Assembly: GCA_965644495.1 (NCBI GenBank)
Contig: CBFFSA010000009.1
Location: 620,001 to 684,000 of the forward strand
Direction: 5' to 3'
Source: Perkinsela sp. CCAP 1560/9
Lineage: Eukaryota > Protista > Euglenozoa: Kinetoplastea
Length of the DNA: 64,000 nt
Numbering within the stretch: position 1 is the stretch's first letter; every line of letters begins with the position of its first letter. The notes beneath the pieces were generated by a model. The model searched no databases and was not told the origin of the DNA. It saw only the letters and a program-made list of their open reading frames with translations. Below, piece by piece: positions 25,113-36,709 of this stretch. A program made the translations under genes and the position numbers.

Positions 25113-25562
25113 TCATTTGGCAAGCATCACTGCGCAGAACTCTTTGTAGTCGATTCTACCATCCCCATCGACATCGGCTTCCTTCATCATGTACTCCACC
25201 TCCGCCTCCGTGAGAGTCTCCCCAAACGAAGACATCACCTCGCGTAACTCCTCAGCGGTAATGTATCCATCTTGGTTGTCGTCGAGCACTTGAAACGCTT
25301 GCAGAAGTCTCTCTTCGGCGGTGTTGCTGTACATTGCGCGAGCCATTAATGTAAGGAATTCCGCAAAGTCCATGGTATGGGATCCGTCGTGGTCGATCTC
25401 CTTGATCATGTCCTGGAGTTCTTCCTCAGCAAGGTTCTGACCCACGGCCCGGAGCACCGATCCAAGATCCTTGGTACTGATGATGCCATCTCCGTCCTTA
25501 TCAAAGAGGGAAAACGCCTCCTTAAATTCTGCTATTTGATCGTGGGTGATGGACTCGGCCAT
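25113..25562 (-). CDS. Calmodulin / calmodulin-like protein
   Basis: 149 aa with four EF hands; [18 protein letters not shown] start. Confidence 0.95.
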   Translation of the reverse strand: MAESITHDQIAEFKEAFSLFDKDGDGIISTKDLGSVLRAVGQNLAEEELQDMIKEIDHDGSHTMDFAEFLTLMARAMYSNTAEERLLQAFQVLDDNQDGYITAEELREVMSSFGETLTEAEVEYMMKEADVDGDGRIDYKEFCAVMLAK

Positions 25563-25796
25563 GCATAGATGGGATACGAAAACTTAAAAAGCTTAGTAGA
25601 AGCGTCGAAAAAACAATAGAAACAACAATAGAACTTTTCTGAGTCTTCGAGTCAATGATTCGAGCGTATGATCATCATACGCTTCAAATCTCATAAAAAC
25701 CCTTAAAAACATGATTTTGTGCAAAAGAATGAGCCCCGACGTGTGACATACAGGAAAAGTTCTAATTTGACGCTTCCAATGTAGAGCAGGTATTTT

Positions 25797-26633
25797 CTAG
25801 TCCGATAGCTTTCTTCCTTGGCCTGGGAATTTTGGTTCCTCCGTTGCGGGTGATGAGTCAGTTTTGTTTGGAATGGTTTGCGACTTGTAGAAGGCAGCAG
25901 CTCGTGCGTTTTCCGAGGGTGCAAGGAAATTTATGTGTGAAAAAGAGGGCCCCGCAGGATTCACATCGGCGTCTCTTGACTCCTGTGTGCTGGACGTGGA
26001 AACCATCTTCTCTGAACTAGCCGTACCCTCGGAGTCGAATAACGCAGGAAGGAATTCCACCTCAACGTCGGTTTCCACGATACACACCGCATTCTGTGCT
26101 ACATTCCGTCCCTTGTATTTAGCTGTCAACCCATCGACGTGCAATAGGTACAGTTTCTTGTTGTACTTCAACTGAAGAACATCACCCACAGTGAGTGCGC
26201 TGAAACGGGAAAGAAATCGCTCTAGCACAATCCGAGGGTTAGACAGACGAAGAAATTCACTCTCCTGAGGACGTAATCGCACAAAGTTCCCATGTTGAAG
26301 TTCCACTAGCGTAACGCGCACATTTTCTCCGACACCCAACCCCAGCTGCGTATACACCCAGAGCGGAATCGTACATGTCCCCTCCTCTGCGGTAAATTCA
26401 AGCACTCCGCAGTGCGTGGCACATGCGTCTGTAGAGACCGCGGGGTCGGCGTTTCCGTCTGAGGCAGGGAGATTCTCAATGCGAAAAAGCATTGGAGAGC
26501 GCAGAGTAGGAGCCGCGCTCAACCGGACCATAACAGAATTGGGGAGAATTATTTTTCCTCCCTCGTCAATCTCGTCACGGTTGTGAAAAGCTCCTGTAAA
26601 AGAACTAAGCTCCCAGGAATTAATGTCTAACAT
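25797..26633 (-). CDS. UFD1: Ubiquitin fusion degradation protein 1
   Basis: GGKIILP, PMLFRI, THCGVLEFTAEEG, LSNPRIVLE, IVETDVEVEF and the C-terminal SHP box FPGQGRKL. Confidence 0.93.
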   Translation of the reverse strand: MLDINSWELSSFTGAFHNRDEIDEGGKIILPNSVMVRLSAAPTLRSPMLFRIENLPASDGNADPAVSTDACATHCGVLEFTAEEGTCTIPLWVYTQLGLGVGENVRVTLVELQHGNFVRLRPQESEFLRLSNPRIVLERFLSRFSALTVGDVLQLKYNKKLYLLHVDGLTAKYKGRNVAQNAVCIVETDVEVEFLPALFDSEGTASSEKMVSTSSTQESRDADVNPAGPSFSHINFLAPSENARAAAFYKSQTIPNKTDSSPATEEPKFPGQGRKLSD

Positions 26634-26759
26634 GTATAAAAATTAATGCACAGAATTACCCTCATAATTTCTCTAAATCATGTATTACAATGCACTGTCC
26701 CCCCTCTACATAATTGTCACCGCCCCCTCCTACTTACATCATGTATTTGTCAGTTCTGG

Positions 26760-26861
26760 GAAAAAATGAGGACGTTACGTCTTCCCATTAGGAGCATCCT
26801 ACTTGGGACTGAGTAACGTCCCGTTTTCTCGGCGTAGTAAACGCCTTGTCTAGCCTGGCAC
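26760..26861 (+). repeat. Partial copy of a dispersed structured repeat (see 62381-62565)
   Basis: Long hairpin followed by tctcggcgtagtaaacgccttgtctagcctggcac. Confidence 0.6.
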
Positions 26862-27048
26862 GATGTATGCAAAGGAATTGTAATATACATACATTGTGCG
26901 AGCAAGTGAGTACGGTACTAGAGTACCGTACTCGCCGTACTCGCTCAAAAAATGGTAAATATATAGAACTTGACTATACATAATGTAGTCGTCTTAATCC
27001 TACTAGTAGTTTTTCTTTCTTTCTAAGAGTTAATCCAAACACTATCAT

Positions 27049-28914
27049 ATGGGTCGTTTAAAAAAGCGACGCGCTTCAAGTGAAGTTGCACCCAATTCAG
27101 ATGCTAATACGGGTTCACCGACTCAGCCGTCACCAGCAACTCGCCGAGAGCTCGCGTCGCGCTACGTAATGACCGCAAATTCTCTCCCGGATTCTTTTAA
27201 AGTTGTTCAATGCGCTTCTGACTGTCCTCACGATCACGAGTATACGCCTGATCACGAGTATGACTGACCATGGCATGGGGCAGTTATGTCACTTTGAATA
27301 CAAAACAGAGGGATGTAAATGGTCTTCTCATTGTCGATCAAAAAACTACCTAGTCCACAAAAAAGAGTGTGAAAAGCGAAAGCAAAAAAGTGATCAAACG
27401 AGCGCGAACCGAATTTCAATTTTACAAATAAATGTTTTCTGTCAGAAGGTTCTACCATGTCTTTATACGTTGACGAGCCAACCTTCATCTCAATTTATCT
27501 GGTTTGTGCGTTCTCTTGTGGAGCTCTGGCCCCGTAGCATGACACCAACTCAGTTCCTTGAGCAATTCACTTCAAGTCCCGCTGTATTGCATGCAGCCGA
27601 GGGCAGACTCGCAGATGAGGTGTGGAGTATGCTGCGCATTGACATAGACAGTCATGTTTTTTTTGGCATAGCATGTGACGCGGGAATCGATCGAAACAAA
27701 TCAGAACATATTTAATTAAATGTTCTTTACGTGGGAGCTAAAGAATATGTACTCCCCCCGATATACTCCCCGAAGCATCAGGCCTTCAATAGAAAAACAA
27801 CCGCCGAAGGTTTGATTACAAGTCTCCGTGTTGTTCTAGGAGAAGAGAGGTTGCTGAAGCTAAGTTTCTTAATGGTCGACGGCAGTACCGTTAACCATGT
27901 TGCTCGTGAGTATTCGGAAGGATATCTTAAGAGAGTACATCCCGTTGGAGACCATGGCGTTGCCAATTTCGAGAGAGAAATCGAGAGACAATTTCCAAAA
28001 ATAACTCTGTTGTCGTGTATCGGGCATATGCTAAATAATGTTTGCAAGTCATCCCTGAAATCTTATGAATCGAAGCCCTCCTTTCTCTTCAAAAAGAGTT
28101 TTTCTCTCGCCTTTTGGTCCGGGGGAAAATCCAGTGTTATAAAGGGAAAATACAGAGGTCAAGTACTCGAATTTTGGTTGGCAAAGTTTGATGAAGAGGT
28201 TCTTGAAGCCGAAAAGTCTCTGAAGCAAGGTTACTGGGGATTAAAGGAAACAACTCCCACGAGGTTTAAAGCCGTCCTTGAACATAAGATATTATTAAGC
28301 CCTGAAACGTTAAAAAATGTAGCGCCTCAAGAAGCAGGGTCTCTCGTAGAAAAATCGACCGTCCCGAATATTCAATGGGCAGCTAAAGACGAACTGTTGG
28401 TACAGGGGGCACCCATGGTTCTGGAAGCGGTGAATTTAGCAAAGAGTAGAAAGTCCGTAGCTACGCCAAAGGCGGTGTGACACGTTGGTGTCAAGATAAG
28501 TTCACGTGTATGAAAATTCTTTCTGAGAACTTAGATTCCGTGGAAGCATGCGACGTAGGTAAATCTATTCGGCATTGCCAAGTATTGTTGGAAGAACACG
28601 GAACAGAAGCGCTTCGAAGAGAATGTCTCAGCTTCCTTGATTCATGCAAAGATCTCTATGCTGCCCTGAAAAATTTTCTGACATGATAGGTAAGCCAATG
28701 GCCACAAATGTTGCCCAGACCCTGGAACATTGGAGAGTCTGTAAACGGCCTTTTTTGCTTTCAAAAATTACGTCCAGGTACCGGCAGATACTGCCAGCGA
28801 CTATACATCCATGGATGGAGCGAAAAATATTGCGCCACAATTATGTGCTCCGTTTTTACCAGTACTATTTCTAGAACTTTTCGAGAGCTTTCTAGCTTAT
28901 ATAAAATTATCTAA
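27049..28914 (+). pseudogene. hAT-like transposase remnant
   Basis: IACDAG, MVDGSTVN, the CxxH motif SCIGHMLNNV and (V)TRW across broken frames. Palindromic gagtacgg repeats at 26898-26946 may mark a terminus. Confidence 0.65.
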
Positions 28915-29064
28915 AACTAGAAAGCTTTAGAGTTTACGGCAAGAATTGGGCAAAGAAGATATGGAAAGTGTTTTCCTATACGTGTGGGTATTGGCCCCGA
29001 AAGGATAATGACAGGTTTGTCATACTAATGATGATTTCGCTTGTTTTCTTAATATACAGTTATA

Positions 29065-29989
29065 AACCCCCCACAGCGAATAAGTCACCCCCCTCTTTTT
29101 TTTGTACAACGAGGCTTAGGGGGGTTGCGGCACCACTTTTTCGTTCAAAATTTTGAGATCTGCACGTTCCCGCTGTTTTTAGACCTCTTCACAGATAAGA
29201 AATTAAAACTTATTTTTTTAATGACGTTTTTACATAGTCATGCCAATATTACCCGAAAAATCTCATGTTACTCGACCATGGTGGGAGAAGGGGGTCAACA
29301 TGAAAATGGTGTCACAGATCTTCGCTAGGGGAACGAGATCTCTCGATTGCAACAAAAATGATCAAAAACAGATAACAAACATTCAATTTGTCACATGGTG
29401 GAATATTTGTCTTTGATTGGTTCTTTCTTGAAACGGTGATAAATCAACTTTTTTATCCTGTCCCCTTTACTTTTTGTTTGAAGGGGCCTAAGGGGGTTAA
29501 GATATCATTTTCTCGTTCAAAATTTTGAGATCTACACGTTCCCACCATTTTTAGATCATTTTAGAAACTGAAAAAGAAAATTGTTTTTAGGTTCTATTGT
29601 TTTGCATCGTCATACCACACTAATTTAAGAAAACAAACACTCCGCGGCCAGGCGGCACAAGTGGGTCAATATTAAAAAAGAGCGGCAAAGATCTTTGCTA
29701 GGAGAACGAGATCTCTCGTTCGCAACAAAAATCAGCAAAAACGGACAAAAATAATTGAATTTCTCATGGGAGGAGAAGATTAATTTTGTTAAAGTGTGAG
29801 AAATTGGTCTCTTGAAAAATGTGAAGAAAGTGATAATCCATCTATCGGATGCACGCATTTGAGAGCCTTGGTTCCATGCTATAACGCGCAAAGTCTTTGT
29901 GTTGGGAACGGCAAAATGCAACAAAAATGAGCTCAAACGGACACTTGGCTGAAAAGTTAGAGGGGGGTGACTTTTCGCTGTGGGGGGTT
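29065..29989. mobile_element. Non-autonomous Tc1-like MITE
   Basis: TA|AACCCCCCACAGCGAA(T)AAGTCACCCCCCTCT TIRs, internal duplicated blocks, and a subterminal motif shared with 17702-18498. Confidence 0.8.
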
Positions 29990-30020
29990 TATGTATTTAG
30001 CAGTGACGTGAAAATACGGT

Positions 30021-33000
30021 TTGATGTTAGTCATAGTTCGAAGCACTTTAATTATTCGCGCAAGAAAAATTCGTCAAGAAAAATTCGTCAAGAAAAATTT
30101 TATGACGCAACTTGAACACACGTCGACCCGAAACCTTAGATCATCCCGAAGTGCATCGCCAGCTTCGCAGCAGCTTGAGCCTACCGAGCCGCTGACGCAG
30201 CAGGAACTTAGCAGAGTTGCAATGTCAGTACGCCAAAAATTAATTACCCTTCGTGGAGAAAACCCTGCTCTGTCGGCGCGAGCGGTATTTCGACGAAACG
30301 ATTCTTCTACACGAGAAGCAAAGACCGTACATGGGAAGATTAGGGAAGAAGGAATCGAGTAGAAGGACTCGAGTTATGGGCCGTATGGGAAGATGAACCA
30401 TCGAAGGAATATCCTTTTCCGCACCCGGAGTTACACTATTTTGAGATCCCCATTATTGATCAAACTGAACAACCTTCTTCAACTTCAGCGACGCAGGATA
30501 CGTTTTTCGCTCCTCCACTTGTTGATCCGCAAATAGCCGAACAGGAGCAAGGTATGCAGGATAGAAGAGATCTTATGTTGACCTCACGAGCCTTTGACAT
30601 ACGGTCCATGGATCAATGTCCTTGAAGACGGAGGGTTTCGAACAAGAGACCTGATACGTGAATTGCGGGATGCCCCAGAATTTGGCTTACGACCCAACTT
30701 GTATTTTTCGGACCGATCCGAAAAAATCCGTTGTCAAACAACAAGAGCGTTTCTTTGATACTGTGTTCTGCAAGTGGATTTTGTTTGCACGTATGACGCA
30801 AGGGTGGGATCAAGGAGTGTACCTCGAAATGGGAAGAACTATAATTCAGACACTCCGAGATGCATATTGGAGAGCGCGACGCATTGATGACGATTTGGTG
30901 CATCAAAAACTGGAAAAAGATATCCGTCCCAACGACAAGTTTTATCACCATGTAAGTGAGCAATTAGTAGAACGACAAAAACAGTATACACGTCACTACA
31001 ACAGTTCCTTTTCTTCAACCCCTGCTTATACGAAAGCAAATTTTCAATCTCATGCGAAACCGGTTTTCGTGCCTCAGCACCGGAATACGTTGTTATGCTA
31101 CGGATGTCGCGCCCCGGATCATATTTGGCGAAATTGTCCGAAACGATTCCAGCAGAATTTTCGTTCGCGGGTGGCTGGCCCTGCCTAAGGCAGCAAGAAT
31201 TTATGAAACCTTCCCACCCGAACGGCCAGTACTACAACACAATTCAAGCGAAATCAAACAACTTTTATCACACAAGTACCGAAGAGAAGGAGGATAGAGT
31301 CAAGGCAATTAAATGCGGCAAGTGTAATGAACTTAGAGGGGAGATATCTCACATCTGGGAATTTATACGGCGGCACACTCAGTTTGGAACAGACGTCACC
31401 TGCAAGGAAAAATTTAATGAAATTGATATTGAGGGTAAGGTTTTTAACGCCGGAAATACGAATAGCCTTGGATGCGATGTCAGAAATGTGGAGCGGATCG
31501 ACATGGCAGGCAAGGGCGCGGTTATGGGAGAGACTGACCGCCTTTTGCCTGTGGAAGGGAATTCAGATCACGGCCATGCACGCAGTAGCTTTCTTAGCCA
31601 GTCTGCCGATAAGGGTACAGGGCCAATTGACCTACGCACGCAGTCTCGCATCCATTTTCAACCTTGCGGGGAAAGACACAAACCCGCTAAAGTTTTACGT
31701 AAAGTCGCTCTTGGCAGCGGGAGCGTCGGAACCTTATCGCCAAATGCAACCGCTCACACCGGCACTGTTGAAAAGGTTATGGAACAATCTGCCCAGAAAC
31801 GAGGGACATACCTGGCTGCTCTGTTGGAAGGCGGCAAGCCGCTGGTCCGAGACGGCAGCGCTGACCCGGGATCGTTTTGTCAACGTGACCCCGGCAAGAA
31901 TAGTGATATGGTGGGGCCGGCACACAAAAACATCCCGTTTCAACCCGTACCGGCCCTCGATGTACATAGTCATCGATGGTCCAGGGACCGACCGCCTAGC
32001 AGAGTTTATCATGCAGTTGAAACCCCAGTAACCGATGTCCCGCACATCAGTATCGGAAATAGATGTAAAAATAAGGGAGATTCTCGGATCGGGCTTCGGG
32101 ACACATTCAGCCAAACGCGGAGCAATAACTCATCTCTTCGCAGAGCTGGCCAGGGGAACTATCAGGCTGGAAGACGTCCAGCACCTGGCGAAGCACCAAA
32201 GCTTGGAATCACTGCTCCGGTACAACGCGGATCCTGTGACAACAGCGCTGGCACTCGGGACGCAGAGAGCAACCAGCAAACTTCAAATCTGATGGGAGAA
32301 GAGGATATATTTAGCAAGTACTTAGAGGACGTACCGCACGAAAAAGTCAGGCATACTATAACGCGTACTCGTAGAACATCGAAAGTGGCCCTCCCGGTGG
32401 ATTATAACCTACCTTTGCATATTAAAAGTGAAATACCGAGAATGAAGATCGAAGCACTGAAGAGCATGATGAATCAGGATGCTGCTAGGCGATTTGATGA
32501 CACATGGGCCACTTTACTCCGTTTGCCCGATTCGCCGTCGGTGGAGCCGACGACGAAAAGCTTTCTACCGAAAGCTGACATTCAAGCCCTGTCACAAGCA
32601 GGTTTTATTTCGCAAGTTCGGAAGGAGGAGTTGAAGAACAGACCGTCAATGGATTGGGTAATACCGTTTACGGTGGTGGAGTCGGCGGAGGACAACACTG
32701 AAAGGCGCCGTTTTATCGCGTGGACACGTGAGGATAAAGATAGGATTCGGGAGAACTACTGTATACACCTTACGTTCCGGTACGTCACGCGGCATATTAT
32801 CTTCATCAAGCGAAACAACAATGTGCTGTTAAGCGGGATTTAGCATGTGGGTTTTGGCAAGTGGGTATTCCGTTAGAGCATAGACAGAAGTTTCGTTTCA
32901 AAGATATAGATGGAAATGTTTTTGAACTGAACGTGATGCCTATGGGTCATCGTTGTGCGCCCGAATTGATGCATTCCCTGATGGCAACGCTTGCAGGAGA

Positions 33001-33908
33001 TCCTGAGTATTGCAAACCCAAAACAAGTTTTCTCTACGGGGGGTTGGATGTCTATATCGATGGAATTCGTTTTGCTGGAGATGACAAATTGGTTCGACAA
33101 TATGGAGATTTTATAGACCATCGTGCAAGTTGTGTAAACGCAAAGTTTAAAGACTATGGGTCTCCTCCAGCGACACTTTACACATTTAATGGAGTCACGT
33201 ACTATCACAGGAAAGGACAAGTTGGACTAGGACCAAAGCTGATACGCCGTTTACAACGAGATGATTTCACAGCTGCGACATACGCGTCTTTGGAGTCGGT
33301 TGTGGGACGTTTGATTTTTGCATCGGCTATTATGGGAGTTATCATACCAGATTTTCATTTTGAATTGAAAATAATTCGACGTCGCCTTAATAGATTGAAT
33401 CGCGAACCTAATTTTCTTGATGACAAAGTGCCTTTACCAACTGCCGTGCGAGTAGCTTTAATGACATGGAGAGACACGCTTCTGTACAAATCCCCCGTTG
33501 ATCCACCGCGGCATCCAGGCACTGTACCCCACCGACATATATTATTTACCGATGCTTCTTCTGCTGGCTGGGGGGCAGTGTTATATCTTGATTATGGCCA
33601 AATGTTATGTACAGGGGCACAATGGCCAACTGATTTTCAGTATGAGGTCAACCGAGCCGAGGCGCGCGCAGTACGTCTCGCATTCGAAAAATATGACAAG
33701 CATCTTCATAAGGATACTTGTGCTGATCTTTATGTTTACAATGCATCATGCGTCGCCGCGATTAATCGAAAGATTTGAAACTCCGATGGGATCACAGCAG
33801 AACTGCGCCAACTTTTGCGGTTTCTTGGAAAGAAAGGGATAGCAGTGAAGGCGGAGTATATTCGTTCTAAAGACAACCCAGCTGATCCGTATAGTAGGAA
33901 TTTTTGAC
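30021..33908 (+). mobile_element. VIPER/TATE-like tyrosine-recombinase retrotransposon, copy 1 (gag-YR-RT/RH, degenerate)
   Basis: gag with the CCHC knuckle CYGCRAPDHIWRNC; YR; RT (RDLACGFWQV, MPMGH, YIDG); RNase H (FTDASSAGWG, NRAEARAV, DNPAD). Confidence 0.9.
31327..32292 (+). pseudogene. Tyrosine recombinase (one in-frame stop at 32029-32031)
   Basis: Catalytic ASR, KT, HSAKR, KH and LLRY. Confidence 0.9.
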
Positions 33909-34829
33909 AAATTTATATTTGGATGAGTTCATGGAAGTTTGTTTTAAAATAAAAAAAAACATACATAACTTTTATTTTACCTATTTCCCATTTCGCGTCC
34001 ACGACCAACTATATTATGCCAGGAACTAGGAGACGCCGAAACAAAGGAAAAAGTAGTAATATTTATAGTTTTAGCGGACAGGAGAGTGAGTATGTCTTAG
34101 ATACGTACAAGGAGTAGGCACCTTGGATGTGTTTAATGACGAGCGATTGGGTATATTTGTGGAACTAGCGATTGGGTGGTCCCCGCGTGCGACTACCCGT
34201 TCGTCAGTTCGAGGAGCTATTGGAGAAATTTTCTTTATTTGTTTGTTGAAAAATTATTTGTGATGGAGCCCCATATATAATATTGAGATGTAATACTGTG
34301 CAAGTTCATCATTGATTGTTTTGTAACTTGGAGAAGTTGAACGATTGCACGAATTTTAGACCCCCCCCACCTTTAGACCCGCACCCCTGTATGCATCTGT
34401 GATACAATTTATAGTTTCGTTTTTCTTGTAATTTGAAATATTTTCTGATGAACAATTCTCATCGGTTTGAACTTACAAAGAATTATGAAAGGGGGAGTAT
34501 AATGACCCTTCGGGGCACATAATATTTATATTATGAGATATGATTTGTTTTTTTTGTTTAAAGATTTCATTTATTTAGTTTGGTATAGTGACACTCCTTC
34601 TCTAACCTTTTCATTGGACTGGTTCGCGGAGTTGGCGGACGGGATGCGCGTTCGTAAGTAAAGGAGTTTGTTGTGGATTTCTTTGAAATACTGTAAGTTT
34701 GATTGAAATGGCCAGGTACCTTTATTTCTTTTCATGGATAGGTGGTGAGGATACTAAAGCAGTTGAATTCTTTGAATTGCTTTATGAAGAAAGATATTAC
34801 ATGATTTAGGAATTGGTTTCATTTTATTT

Positions 34830-36480
34830 ATTCTTGTTCATTAAATAGATAGATAGAAATACAGGCATTTATCCCTACTTGAGATGTAGCCTCCCCGGAT
34901 AAAGCCGAGGTAGCTTGGGGGAAGGTGTGCCTTGGCCGCTGAACCATCTGATCTCTTGCGCGTTCGGATATCATACGCAATCGTAGTGATGCGACTACGT
35001 ACGTTGTTCCGCTGTTCCAAGGACATCCTTCCCCGGGCACGTGGGAAGCTGAGCTCCCGCTATTCGGGGCGAACTGGGTGTTGCACCAGTTCGTCCTGAA
35101 CGCCCCACGTCTCCCGAAGGAGAGATTTGTTCGAACGGCTTGCTGGCATAGTTTGGGAGTCTCGAGTCTCAGCTTCAACGGTCTGGACTCTTCAGCTTCA
35201 ACGGACCAAGTTTTCTAGGGTGTTATACCCTCGAGCGGACTTGGCTCCTCAGCTTCAAAGGACTAAACCTCAGCTTCAACGAGCTCGTATCTCTCCGAAT
35301 TCTGACCCTAGCCCCGTTATCATGGGCTAGTTGCAAGCCGTAGATGAGCGGTACCCGACCCGAAAAATGCGGTATCAAGTTCCCCTTAGGGGCTCATCTT
35401 CAGATTGCATTTCGGATATATCCAGAATCCGAGGGAAAGAAATAGTAGAATAGAACGATAAGAAAAAAAAAGATGAGAAGAAAATATTTTACCGCCGTTT
35501 TCCTCTATCTCGCGATTCTTCCTTGTAGCATGCTATCTTGTGTCTCCATTTTGTTTTTTTTGTGCCTTGTATTTCCAGCTAACTGTATCTTGGATTCCCG
35601 ACCTTGCTAAGGCGGCTTGTAGTGTGTCTTGGTATGTACTTCGTTTCTTTTTCACAAAATTATTTCCTTCTGTTGGATAGTACTCTCCGAAACGTATTTT
35701 GTTACGTGTCCTTTCTGACCCCATTCTCGCTATGTGTCCCGCAAATTGTAGCATTCTAATGTCGAACTTTGTTCTTAGGTTTTCCATGTCTGCTATTGCG
35801 AGACTTTCCTTTTGGGATATGTATCTGATCCCTTCTGCGGCTTTGCTGTTGTTTTGCTTTATACATGGTATTCTGAAGGCTGTTTTGATCATTCTAACAT
35901 AATCTTTATTGAGTTTTTTTAAAAAGTTGTGGCGTTAGATTCCAGGTAGCACATCCATATAATAAGCGCGAGATGACACTTGCTTCGAATACAATCTTTT
36001 TCGATTTCCTAGAGATTCCTTTATTCCGCCATATATACGTGAGATTTTTTAAGCAGTACTGTGAGCTCTTGATTCGATTTGTGATTTCCCAGTCCAGCGT
36101 TGTGTTTTCGTCTATTATGGAGCCCAAATACTTGAATCTGGGTACTCGTTCTATTGGAATGTGGTCCATTTCCAAGCGAATTTCCTGATAGCTCGCACAC
36201 CCTGTAGGTTGGATTACCTGGGTTTTCGTTTTGTTAACGTTTATACATATACCCCATCTCTTCGTTACTATGATTGCTGTATTGACCGTTTTTTGTAGTT
36301 CTTCCTCTTTGTCAGACCATAGGACCAGGTCGTCCGAGGGTATCTGTGTCGCCAACTGTTTCACCTAAGTGTTTTTTTCCTCTCGATATTCGCCATTGAA
36401 ACTTTACTCCTATCGGACCGTATTGCAAAGTTTTCCTCATTACAGCATCCATAGTAGCATTGAATAATTCTTTTTCTCTG
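34830..36480 (-). mobile_element. RTE-like non-LTR retrotransposon, 3' fragment
   Basis: DDLVL, INVNKTK, FKYLGS, LLYGCATW and FAGHIARM; GC-rich 3' UTR containing four cagcttcaa repeats. Confidence 0.8.
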
Positions 36481-36598
36481 TTTTAATTTTCATTGTTTTT
36501 CAGCGGCATAATTTACATACAATTGCTAGTTTTGGGCTCACCAAAAAAAACGTTTTTCTATTGGTTTCATTTAGTTTCAGGAAGTTTCGAAGGTCTGG
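36248..36598. repeat. 351-bp direct repeat, copy 1
   Basis: Matches 47390-47740 with about 2 mismatches seen by eye. Confidence 0.95.
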
Positions 36599-36641
36599 TT
36601 AACCTTCTAACTTTCTCCCAAAAAAAAGAAAACTTTTTACT

Positions 36642-36674
36642 CTTTAACGATAAAGATACAGTTTCTGTACCTTG
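36642..36674 (+). other. Relic spliced-leader exon at the 5' end of a CRE element
   Basis: CTTTAACGATAAAGATACAGTTTCTGTACCTTG shares GATACAGTTTCTGTAC with the trypanosomatid SL. No GT intron follows. Confidence 0.85.
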
Positions 36675-36709
36675 AACTATTTTCCTTTTCTTTATATCTT
36701 TCACGCACT

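Noticed and set aside
31038-31044. Alternative slippery heptamer AAATTTT in gag
   Set aside because: It is canonical in form but lies before the zinc knuckle and has no counterpart in copy 2. The site at 31155 aligns between copies.
34503-34520. U6-like CCCTTCGGGG hairpin (also ~51779)
   Set aside because: No ACAGAG box or other U6 sequence follows.
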